Of a DNA stretch of 64,000 nt, positions 12,570 to 25,800 are shown in pieces; within the stretch, counting starts at the first letter, position 1; each line of letters opens with the position of its first letter. The notes beneath the pieces are model-generated. The model had not been told where the DNA came from. It did not search any database and was given only the letters and a program-made list of their open reading frames with translations. The translations under genes were made by a program, and so were the position numbers. The DNA comes from Saccostrea cucullata. Lineage: Eukaryota. The stretch spans positions 124,001 to 188,000 of the forward strand of contig NW_026923836.1 in assembly GCF_032062105.1 (NCBI RefSeq), written 5' to 3'.

Positions 12570-13842
12570 TCTGGTCCATTTTTATGTAGAATTCATCCAT
12601 ACAACTGACAGAATCATGAGATGACCAATTTGCACACTATAACAACAAAACCTTTGCCTGTTTATTCCTTTTTTATTTTCATGACAATACAATATTTTAA
12701 TAACATGCTCTTCTGAAGACACCTGCAGAAGAATATACAGCAACACTTTATTGGAAAATAGCACAGGGCTTAGGAAAGGGTTTAGTTTTCTTTACATTTG
12801 ATAAGCTTGGTATCATGGTTTTTTTCATTGGATAACAATTACTTCAACTTATAGCTTTAACTTTTCCCAACAAATCTTGGACATGGAAATACTTCTCCAT
12901 TTCCATGATTTCTCTAGCTTTCAGCTACTTTCTAAATAAAAGGTCAAATATTTATAGTAAAACCATTAAGAATAAACCAAGGTTGATACACATATATACG
13001 GTACATGAATTATAAATAAATTGTGTGAATACCGGTAGAATTATGTAAGACATACTTTACTGTGTTAATTACTTTCACTTTAATATCTGTATACCGGTAT
13101 GTACTGTACGTAAAACTGGGTTTTGCTGGAATAAAATCATTGTGGTTTTCTATAAAGCCGTCCCAGGATTCTAGGTTCATGCATCGTAAAATTTAAATAT
13201 TTTTTTCTAATTAAAATGTAAAATCTTGTGAGGATTGGTTGGTTATTAACAAGTACAGGTCATATTATCTATTCCCATACTGGTATACCTAAATGCATGC
13301 CTGCATAGCACATCTGGACAAAACAACTCGAGTATATTTTACAATATGATCAGCATATATTCATATATATGACACAATAAACCTTTGAAAGTCACATGAT
13401 TAATCACATGACCAATATAATTTCATATCTTGCATGCATTATGAACACACCACTCTGGCATGATACTGCAAACTGAGAAAAAAAAAGTTCTATATATAAA
13501 ACATCAGATACATATCAAATAATATAAAGAAAATGAATATGACAGTAATGCTTAAAATGAAGATGAACTGCTGGCTTGCTTGAATACAGAAATAAAGCTG
13601 GGAAAAAATATGGATCAAAAATTTCACATGCTCAAGGTACATGTACTTTTCATGAGTTCCAACACTGTGGTTTCACTTTTTTCCTGCTATCCACATCTTC
13701 TTTTTCCTTGTTAAACGGAACCAAACATTCAGCACAAATAATGGATCGTATAGTCAGCAGTGAATATATTTGTTTTAACAGACTTTTAGGCACACTATTG
13801 CAGATCACAGATTTACACTTGTAAAGTTAAACACATGTAATT

Positions 13843-16800
13843 TCAGTACCATCCTCCAGTTAACTTATGAAATAATTCCTCATTGAGAGTTTGATTTTTG
13901 TCCGATGATCTCATGGAAAGGAAGATATATCCTCCAATGAACTCATGCACCACTTTACAGTCAGCACTCAAACAAGCAAAGGTCAGAGTCTCCCCCTCAA
14001 ATTCTAAAATAACATGTCTCACTTCCCAGTTCACATGCCATGATTTCAGACTTCCGTAACGCCATGTTTTTATGGAATCACCAGAGTTCAAGTCCATTCG
14101 CATTATTTTGTTTGGCGATACTCCCAAGAGCTCCTGTAAGAAAATACAAATGCATTCAATTTACATTTATAATACAATGACATAAAATACTATACACATT
14201 GTTTTCCCTTTCTTTTTCTCTTGTGCATTTTTTACCCAAAGATTAACAGTTTTTTCCAAAAACTCTTTACAGGCCCATAAATGATGAGGGTTAAAATAAG
14301 AATGGGAAAAATTTGCTCAAAATTTCTTTCAAGTGGTTAATCAAGACTAAAATTTACTGTAAATTAAGTTTGTCATTGATGAAAAAATAAATACCTCTTT
14401 CTTGGCATTCTTCTGCTTGATGATGAAGTAGCTGATGCCATAATCAGGAAGAGACTGCCAGGCTTTTATAAACGCCATCTTGGAATCCATCAGAGGCAGA
14501 TTCTGGACATTAGCATGGGCCTCTAGTATTCTCTTCTCCAGCTTAAAGGGAATAATGAACAAATTTAATATAGCAGGTTTGCACCTCTTTGAAAATCAGT
14601 AAGTTATGAGGCAAAGCTTTGAATTTTCTTGTTCGGAGGGCTATAAGATATAGAGCTGTTCTGTCTGTAAACATCTGATTTCAAAATGATTTCAATTAAT
14701 AAACAGTACATGTACAGTGTACTTAAAATTACATGTACTTAAATTTATACAGGGCTGTTTAATTAGGGTTCACAAATGTCAAAATAATAATGCTCCATGT
14801 ATATGTATTGCTCTTGCAATTTTTATTTGTAGAGAATATGCTGAATTTAAATATTCTTCCTTATTTCTTGAAATAGAAATTATTGAATTGTCTATCTAGC
14901 AATAGGACCTACTTGTTTCCCTTTTAATTTCTTGTAGAACCTGGGTGCCACATAGTCCTCTGGGTTCTTAATGTCCACCTGTATGGGGGTCACAGGGGCA
15001 TCTGTGGGGGTCTGTCGGCTCAGCAGGGTCCTCAGACTCTGGACCTCAGTGTCGTAAGAACTGTCCGCCATTGTTTTGCCCTGGGAAGCTAACTTACATG
15101 CTGCCATCCACTTGCAATATTCATCTTCCTGAAAAATCATAACATACCACACATTTATACATGGTTGAGAAAAAATATAATTGCAAGCTATTTGAGGAAA
15201 TATAATTAACAGAGCTTAAATGAGCTTAAATCTGTTAACTTTACTCTTATTGTAAACTAAACTGAACTTTTGGTCATTATCTCACATCAGATATAAAGAA
15301 ATATGCAGTATCCAAGATGTGAACCTTGGCTCCTTTCTTCACAATTTGTTTATCTTACCGTTTCAAACCTCAGCCACAGTTCAGACATTCCCTCAGGTGA
15401 TGGGATAAAAAGCTTTATTCCATACTTAGCATGAGAAATGTTCAGATCTGGTTGAGCTTCACAGCCTGTAAAAAGTTGAATGGATAATCTTGTCTTGATT
15501 TAATACACCTTCATTGAAAGAATCTAACACCTAAGCTTCAACTAGGAGCAATGATCATGAAGTAACGGTACACATATTAGATATGCATGTGAGAATAAAA
15601 ATTGTTTATAGTATTGAAATATACTATCTTTAATATTTTTAGCTTGTCATGCAACATCAATGGACTAAAATAAACTATAGCAGACAGACAAAGGAAAAAA
15701 AAAATTCCTTGTAAGGCCATATAAAATTGAAATCTTGGTTCTCAGGCCCGCGCGCATCCGTTTTGAGGTAGCCGCATTGCCGATTTTATTGTATTTTTGA
15801 TAAAATAAAAAGTTGGTGTTGCGGAGACCAATGGGAAAAAAAATTCCTACCTCATTTGTTTCGTAGTTTAGTATTCAAATATCACTTCCGGTAGCCATTT
15901 ACAATGAGATTTTGGCTACTTCGTTTGAAAATACATTCGAGGACATTACCTACGATTTTTACACGCTGTTAAGCAATAGATAAAGCAGAAGTTTTGACCA
16001 GAAATGGAAAGTATATCTGTGATTAAAAAAATTATCTTTATGTTTAAGAAATATATTAAAATTAAAAAAAATACCTTTTCTACTTTATTGCCAATAAAAT
16101 GAAAAATAAAATGCCGCCCTCCCGCATCTGTTTTGGAGAAAATTGGCCTGAGAACCAGGGAATTAAATATAGATAGCCTAATATGTCACAGCCTGCATTT
16201 CATTTTTCTCCCTTTTTTATGATCCCATTCAACAGCTGTTCCATGACCTTTGACCTTACCTTTGATGGATATTTTCATCATTGGACTTCCTGAAGCCTCC
16301 TCCTGACTCTTGAAGAAAGCTATAAATAAATCCTTACAGACACACCAGGCTCTCTTGTAGCTCTTCAAGGTGAACTTTTTAGGTCTGAAATAAAAAATTC
16401 AAAGTTACAACACCTGCAGAGAACTTTCTTTTCTTAGATCATCTTGATAATTTCTATCATTGATTTCTAAAATTTCCCATCCATTTATTGTGAATAATAC
16501 TTTCAATATTTATCTGCTGTCCATTTAGCTGCAGAACTGTAGCTTTCTGCTTGAGAAAATTTGGTGGTATAAATCGAAGGTTTTTACAATATATGGAACT
16601 GTAGCTCTCTGCTTTATCTGTCTGAATTTTCTTGAACAGAGAGCTACAGTTCTGCAGCTACTGTCCAATATAAATGAATGTTAACTCTCTTCATAACTTC
16701 ATACTTTCAATAAATACTTTTAAACTTTATTGATAGTTATAAGTAAACTTACTTGAACCACTTGACATAACCACCAAGTTCTGGTACTGATGTGATGTCC

Positions 16801-19800
16801 CCATGAGAGGAGATGTTGGCCACTTGTAAAGACTGCTCTAAGTTTGACAGATCAGCATCAATGTCATCTGCCTCCATGTGGGGGGAACTGTGGTCCATAA
16901 TGGAGGAATCACTGGGGGGCTGAGATTGACCCATCTGCATCTGAACCTGAACCTACACGGACAAAATGTTTACAAGTCAGAAATCAGAAATTTTAAAATC
17001 AGAGAGTTCTCTCCCTTGTAATCACTTCATCAAAATGTTTTTCAGGATTCAATGTGAAAATATGCTGTGTGAAGATATGCTGTACAAGTAGGTTTAATTT
17101 CACATAAGATTTAAAACCCATAAATAATATTCCAACATACTTTTATTGCTATTTTGACAATTTTTAATTTACATAATTAATTTTTTTTTTCTCAAAAAAT
17201 TGCTCTTTCATAAAATTCAGAAAAATGTGTACATTGCTGGCTGGGTGAAACTTTTACATACAAAAAAAACAATATGTCGGACAATGAACCACATTTCTGA
17301 AGCATTGTGCTTGTCAAAACAGGGAGATAATGCATTTAGAATAAACAACTAGGTGCAAAAACCTTGAATTCTCCACATAAGCCAAATTCTCAGGTGTAAA
17401 AAATGGAAAACACTTATTAACAAGTCTACTTCATGATTACCAATTAATTTTGATTTGGGAATAAAAATGTGGAAACTGAATTTCCACACAAGATTTATGA
17501 TATTTTTTCCATTTTATTTTGGCTTGCATTTTGCAACATGCAGCCAAAACTCATACTAAACAGAGACAGAATCTTGATAATTGGAATTCTGAGTCCATCT
17601 GCTTTTGCCAACAGAAGGAGATTTATTTTCTCCCTATAATCCTGCCTCTGTTCTGAAATGATTTATTCTAAGCATCACTTGGTTTACATCAACTCTTCAC
17701 TCCAAAAGCTCACCTGTAAATATTTTGTTTCCAAGGTAACTAAGAGGAGTGCATACAAAACTATTAAGTCTTTGAAGATTTTCATCTCCATTGAAACAGC
17801 AAAAAATCTATCATACTGTTTGCACATGCCAACAGAAAGAGGCAATTATTTTATTTAGATACTGACTTTCCCCTTCATTTTTTATAGCACCAGTGTTAAC
17901 CTCCATGCATTGGTCAAGTTTAATTCAAGCAAACTCTATCAAGTACCTGCAAACATTTCCAATTTATTACTGTTTTTTATCACAGAATTTTGGGTAGATT
18001 GTTATTTGCTTGAGACTTATAGGACACTTTTTTTAACCACCCTGTAAATTGTCCATGTTGACCTTGTGTTCTGAGGTCAAATTCTTTACCTGCAGCGCTG
18101 CAAACATCATCATTTCTTCTTCTGTACAGTCGATTTCCTCAGACATTATACTCCATTTGGCTTGTTCATAGATCTGGTTAATCCTCACAGCGTCGTACTG
18201 GAAGAAAAAAAGGAATCAAATCTTTCAGTTCACCTAATACTCGACAGACACCTTGATTGATACATGAATGAATCTTTGCAGTAAAAAAATTGCTGACTAA
18301 GACCTTGGAAGAACAATAGCATGGCTTAAAACATAATGTCTGATCAATGCAACAAGTTTTTTCTCTTCTTAATGCATATTGCATGTAGATTATATGAAAA
18401 TTAAGTTCAATGACCATGTAATTTTGAGATTAAGGGATAAAAAACAATTTATATACTGTAACAAAATATGCCAATAAAGGGATAATAACAAATTACATGG
18501 GGAAAAAAAAACAAAACCATGACAATAAAGTAATTGTAAGGGATTAGACAAGAGCCACTTATATTAACAAAGACTATAGGTCCTTTATGTTAGTGTATTG
18601 CAGAAGTCACTGTCCTTAAAAGATATTTCAACTTCTTAATCTTCTAAGGACAAAACTACATGGAGAAGAGGCAGATTTGCTTACAATTATACAGTATAGG
18701 ATGTGCTCACAGTGGATGACTATCAAGCCTCTATACAAAGCCTGCTGTGTGTGCCCTGCTGTATGAAATGAAGTTCAATGGCCATATGATAAAAAGAACT
18801 CTCAAGGGTCTTCCTGTACATTATGTATGGAATTTATGAAGAAAATTGAAGTTCGCCTGCCTTTCAGCAGATAGTGCTCACCGCAAGACTTCACTTGACA
18901 AGCTAACACATTCCTTGAAGGGTCTGCAACACTGTTAATTCTCTTATAATCAGTTGCATCACGGAAGTTTTTATCTCTCACCATTCCAAGCCTCAAGTCA
19001 GTTTCCAAGACAACCCAAATATTTATGTTTCAGTGTTACATGCCCACCAGCCCCCCTGGCTTATTATCACTGGAGCAAACCTCAAGGAGGGATTTCTTGG
19101 AAACAGATCATGTGTTTGTGTTTTTCTTTGTATGAGGGATGTCTCTTTGAAAGAGCAACATCTACCCTCTTGAACACTCAATGATAATTAACTATTCCCC
19201 TTCTGTGACATCAGATGTTATATTTTTTGTAACATGTAACAAATGTTGGCACTTCACTTATCTGAAACATGTTTGACACTTAGAACTCGACTGCTTATGA
19301 TCAAAAAATGTTTTTGGTAGTAAATGTTTTGCACAACTTGTAAACAAAAACACAATATTTACAGTTATAAATGGTTGACGGCTATATGTAGGTTAATTTG
19401 ATGATCAAACTAAGTTGGCTTCCTTAAAAGTACATAACCTTGACTAGAGGATGAATCAAAAATATATACCAAAACAAAATGAGACAGCCAAAAAAACAAA
19501 CCCTTCCAACCCACACAAACAAATGTTCCGCCATGGTTTAAATGAGATAAACAAAAATAAATTGTAACAATGCAGATTGAGCAGAGGCAGTCAGATAGGA
19601 GCAGGTATGGTTCATTATATGAGCTAAATACTTCAATACTGTACAGAACCCCAAGCTCTGGAGCCATTCCAAACACAGCATCAGGAATGTTATTAAATTC
19701 TGAATCCCTGTGCCTTCATCTTCAATGTGCAAGCTTTACCTTTACAATAAACTTGGGAGGGAAAGGGCTACTTTCTTTTTCATTCATTACAATAAACCTT

Positions 19801-22800
19801 GTTATTCTTGGGGGGGGGGTGTTATACTTTCTATCAAGAGATATCTCAACCTTTAATCTGGATCAATATACATATACTTGTCATAAAATCTTCACCAGAC
19901 AAAAATAGTAGTGGAGATCATGTAAAGAAAATAAAAGGTTTATTTGTTGAACTCTTGTATTGAATGACCTCATGCTTTCCTCCTCCAACAAGCTACTTGG
20001 GTATTTGTATGTATATAAAATATACCCTTTATCTTTATGATACAAAACTCCTAAGGCCCCCCTTGTCGGTATAGCTTCCCATCCTCCTGAGTGTGTCATA
20101 GCTTCATAAAAAAATTATTTTTCATATCCAGATTTTCTTTGCCTTATCTGACTCCCACATCTAGATTCCCTATGAATTACATGAATCATAACTACCTCCC
20201 CTATCTGATCTTGTTCTGATCCCCCTCTCATCACATCCATCAATCCAATTTATATCTGACAATATTATCCTAGTTTTATCAGGAATCAGGCAAGGATCAA
20301 GAGAATTGGGGGAATATCATGATATAAATATGTAGGGATTCCTACTATAGGAACTCAGTCTGTAAGGTTCACTTAAATACTTCATTATAAATACCCAGTT
20401 AATAAATATAAATGAGTTGCAAACTAACATAGGTGCCATTTAATTTTCTGTAAATGCTTGGAAATTTCCTGTCATTGTGAGGCCATTTTCAGGCATTCAG
20501 TGCTCATCATAATGGCAATGCTGTATAGAACTATTTCCTCTAACCCTCAATTAGCGGTCCTAGGCCAGGAAACTGTCCATTATGACCCTATAATTTGATT
20601 GGTCACAGCTGTGATGGCTAATCATGACACCTGATTGCATGGTCATTTGTTTTACATCAATTCAGCAAAAAAAAAAATTATGTATGTCATCATTCAGATG
20701 TGCTCAGGTAAAAAAAAATGAATGATCATTCATGTCTGCCATTTATATTTACAGCTGAGCTTTTCATTCACTTTTTGTTTGTGTGGCTTTTCTCACATTT
20801 AGACAGGTATTTACATATTTTTATGCTCTCTGAGCTCTTCGTCAACAGTGGGTGCACAAGTCTCCAGGTACAACGTCAAGTGTTGTGCACACAGGTTGAC
20901 GCATGCTAGCTTTTCATTTTCCGACCACTATTTACTTTCAGAAAAACATTAAATACATCTTTTTTGGGGCTGTATTACGGTAATCGTAAAGTTATTGTTG
21001 CATGATCTGGCCTAACGCCAGACTTCTCCGGTAAGACTGCTTATGTAATGTGACCACATTAAACCTTTGTGTGTCATAACTTTCAGCTCCTTAGCCAATA
21101 ATCCTATTACATTAAGAATTTTCCCTCTCTTACAGACCACCTTAGTCGGGTTTATAAACATAGATCACCGACATGTATAAACCAAATGCTGAACAAATAT
21201 TTACCTTAGTATTCAAATCGTAGAAGTTATAAAATTTAAATTTCAGTTGGAGGAAGTTATTATCTCGAACTCCCTGCTCCATTAAAGACCTGGAAGAATC
21301 AAGCCACCTGAAAAAAGATAAACATTTATAAATAGATACATCGTAGACTGACAAGCTGTAGCAACAGAGCAGAGAAGGCACACACTGTTCTGTTCCTGTA
21401 AACTGAGTAGGACAGAATACATCTTTATACATGTACATATAGAGTTGTATATTTATGTAGAATGATGTTCAGTGTCTTGAAACACATTTTTTCGGCAGGA
21501 AAGATTGATGGGAAACCTCCACAACTGGGCACCAGGCCCAGTCTATATTTACGCTACATAAATAAAAACAAATATCACAGAGTTCATACACCCATCAAGA
21601 CCTGGTCATTTAAGGGAGTCACTCCGAAATCTACACCTGTGTGGTTATAATGGTTTATATAAAAAAAAAGATGCATTAGGCGGCCTGAACTCCTGTACAT
21701 AAAACAGAGGATAAACCACATGGTGCTAGGGTCCCCACAAGATATTAAAAGATATCTGTTTACTAGGTAATGCAGAACAAGGGCTGAACACCCACACTTT
21801 ATATTTTATATCTGTACATATAATCTTTAAAATTGAACCTATAAAATACATGTTAACTTTGTCTTGGTATAACTTGATAAAGCATTTGTAGAACAAAAGA
21901 TAATGACTATAAACATGTACTTAATACAATTGTTGATATAGTATTATCATGTAACCTGTGTTATCAAACATATAAAAAAAGAAAAAAGGCTGAGGAGGGA
22001 GCGAGCGTAGGAATATTGATATTTTTTATTTGCATCCTACTTTTTAAGTTATTTTAATTTCTTAATTACACAACTTTACCATATAACAATAATGTTGTTT
22101 GCTTGTGAAGAGATTTTTATCATATGTGTGACCACACTTAATATCTTGCAATGTTTCGAATATATAGAAAAAGATGCATTCTGTCTGTACATAAAGCAGA
22201 GGATCACTTAAAATTTTGCTATCAACAGGAAATACCACACTTTATATTTTATATCAGTACACATAAGAAATTGAACCTATAAAATACATGACTTTGTCTT
22301 GTAACTTGATAAAGCATTTTAAAATCATTAAGATTGCATGTAACCTGGATTTTAACTTAATTTTTTCATATAACATTTTCCTCATATGACCACACAAAAC
22401 ATGTTCACTTAAAATTTTGCTATCAACAGGAAATACTAATAATTTCAGCAATAAGACACCCTGACCTTGAACTTTGTTTTAAAATCATTAAGATTCTGGA
22501 AACTTGATTTTCACATTTTCTTCTCAACATGTTCAGTATACAATGTTCCAGGGAATATAAGAGAAAAGTTTTCTTTTTTATAAACCTAAAAATCTTTTTT
22601 CTGCTGATGCATGTTTTGCAATAGACATGATGAAAGGCTCTGTTTAGATCTTTATTTACGAGTTGTTTAATCTTAGTTCCTTCAATGCTTTCATGACCTT
22701 TTTAATTATTTAATTTGTGATCTGGCAAAGGAGCCAGGCTTATCAGGGTTATTTTTGTAGTTATCTGTGTTTCCGGTAATTTGCTTGATATAAATATTTT

Positions 22801-25800
22801 TAGCAGCAGGTGAGATGTTATGACCCTACTCCCCCCACAGGTGTAGAAGTCTGTTAGATTCCTACATTTAATGCCACTGTCAATCATTATCTAACTGTAC
22901 TTATATCTATACTCTGAAACATATGCAGTAATGGTTCTCAGTACTTGATTTTTTTGTGTTTTTTTTGGGGGGAGGGGGGGTGTACTTGTTAGAATGTTTG
23001 GTTAATGAATGAATCATTTTATGTTGATTTGTATCACGACTTTGTCAATAAAATTGTTTAATTAATGAATGAATCATTTTATGTTGACATTTGTATCTCG
23101 AAGAAAAGTAAAATATTATATTTCTTGGTATTACTAAGAAGAAAATGTTGACTTATTTCTTAATTTCCAAAAATATACTTTCAGAAGCACACCAAAAATA
23201 TTAACATTAAAAGCTGAATCATACATCAGCTACTGAATCAGTAAATATTGATTTGCATGAGATTTTACCAGGATAAAAGATGCTGATCAGCAAGCTCATT
23301 TCAGCTAAGATGGAGAAAAGTAAAATATTATATTTGTTGGTTTTGAAAACTCGTGGCATTATGCCTTATTTTGAAGGCTTTGAAAATTTAAGCTTTGAAT
23401 AATTAGATTATCTTCAAACAAGTAAATAAATTGTCATTTCATTCCAAAACTGTACTTTCTAAAATAAATTATGTTTGTCCTTGCTTTTTATCTTTTCCTA
23501 CCACAATTTCTTTCTCCAAGAAATTCATTTAGATAAGAAGTAGACCCAACTGTATACATATAAAGCTTATAGTTAAATCTTAAAGTTTGACTTACGCAAA
23601 GTTAATGCGCGCTTTTTCTGTGAGATTTTTGGGTTTGTGAAGGTACTGCAGGGCCTCTTTCATGGGTATTGGTGGGCTATTAGCCAGAGCGGATTCCATG
23701 CCTCCCTCAAAAGACAAGCTGTACATGGATCCTGGGGACATTGTGCCATTCAAAGTGTTGTAGGGGGAGGGAGAATTAAAACCCGGCGAGCGGCCTAGTG
23801 TGTTCTGAAATAAAAAAGAATACTGGATACATTTTTTAAGCATGCACATGGCGAAATATGATAGGCCTGGAGCACATAGTGTGCAATTTTTTTGTATTAA
23901 GAAATTGCAGGTTTATCTTGTGTCACAGCATGTTGTTTGTGAGTGCTGGGAAAACATGATATCGAAAGAATGTGCTTTCTTCATCAAAATGTATTCTCAC
24001 TCATTCTTATTTTATACCAAGATTATTATTCAAATCTATTAATTATTTACATCTATCTCAATGCTATTTTCATCAAAAAATTATAAATGCAAGGATGCCT
24101 GTCTGATAATTTTTTCAAAAGTACGTCATTATAAGGTCATATCAGACTTCCATTCCTGATAAGTTTTTTGAACTTCTTCATTTATAAATACAGATGAACC
24201 TTGATATCTCTAACTTTTATATCTTGAATATCATGGATATGTTGAAATGATTTGGAAGTCTCTTCCACTTTTTTTCCTAAAACCTCAATGACTCAAACCC
24301 TTAGATATCTGGAAGTTTTTTCTCAGTCCCTTCAAGATGAGATAGTGACATTTGACTGCAAACATTGTGTTACACAGAATCTACAATAGTCCCTGGACTT
24401 ACATTAGGAGATGGACCGCCCGGACTCCTGTTTGGGTACGGACTGAGTCTGTCCAGACTCCCGGTGTTGGAGTGGTTAATGCCGTTACTTGTCGGCATCT
24501 GGTCGTGTAGGGAATCCCTCTTCTTCTTTGTATTTAAATGTTCCTTAATGTTCTTTTTTAAATCATCCTTGTCCATGAATTTCATCACTGACATTTCTTC
24601 AGGATTTCTAATTCCTACAAAAATATGGGTACATATGTACAAACCCTTTATATTTACCTTCAAATCTAAAGTTGTGTATGCTGTTTTAAAGTGTATCTTT
24701 TTTAAACAAGATATACAAAAAAAAAATCTGTAAAGTTGCAACAGATTTTTTGCATGAAACACATATATGTCAGTGTTTGCTGTTTTAAAGTGTATCTTTT
24801 TTAAACAAGACATACAAAAAAAAAATCTGAATATGCCAAAAAGTAATTTAAAGTTGCAACAGATTGGTTTACTGGTTATTCATTTATCGATTGTTGCACA
24901 CAAAAGAGAAGAAACTGAAATGCATTTAGAAAAGTCATATATAATGCATGTCCTATTTTGTGAGAATGCATCAGTTTCACCCACTTTGCAATCATCTTGC
25001 AACATTAAATGCTACACACAATTTACATATATAATGAAACAGAAAACATGAATCAATACACTTTTGTAAAAGAAGTTTCTTATAAATCCAGTTTTGTGTT
25101 GAAAACTGCAAGGAAATAAAATGAATGCAAGGTATTTGAGCAACCACTTTGATTTAGTTAACAGTATTTCCTTGTTTTATATACTTCAATCAAATCCAAA
25201 TATAGAAAATTTCAGAGGAGGAAAACATCTAGCAATAGGATTTTTTAAAATTGAAAAATATCATGCATCTTGGACAATGGGTGTTATGGACATCTTTTAC
25301 AAGGTGAAAAGCTCTGATCATCATATAACTGATCCTTTCAAATTTCAAAGATTTCAAGATTAACTTGTCATTCATGACAGAGCCCAATTGTTTTCTAACT
25401 TTGACTTTGCCTTCCTACCAGTTAAGTTTTATCATAATGTTGTTGATTAATATCAAAGGGAATTCCCAGGGGCCAGCTTTTGATCATAAATATATATACA
25501 CAATGCTAGACACTTCTAGAGCCACACCCTGGTGGCTACAAATCTCAAAGAGGCATCCTTCCGCCATAAATGACCAATTAAAGAGCTGGGCTTACTAAGT
25601 TGATTAACTATTACATCATGGTAAAAATCTTAATTCAATCAAACACTGCTTTATATGCATTTCAACATAGCTATGCACTTTGTTGGACACAAAAGAGAAG
25701 ATTTTCAAAGAGACAGATAATTTCTGGTGGATGAATCACAATTTTGGAAGGTCTTATTCAACGTGCCATTCACTTTGTTAGATGTCATTTAGAAAACTGG

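Noticed and set aside
14030-14050. Kindlin F3 integrin-binding QW motif reads SW
   Set aside because: Invertebrate kindlins vary at the Q position while the Trp is retained, so this is not evidence of lost function.
17240-19350. Possible fossil transposase or retroelement in kindlin introns (TIR-like ACCACCCTG|TA at ~18036-18045)
   Set aside because: I found no matching second end and no recognisable catalytic motif by eye; it needs a translated search against TE proteins.
21690-24830. Short local duplications (21690-21890 vs 22185-22320; 24678-24730 vs 24778-24830; also ~28075-28105 vs ~28190-28240)
   Set aside because: These are ordinary intronic duplications with no visible coding or splice consequence.
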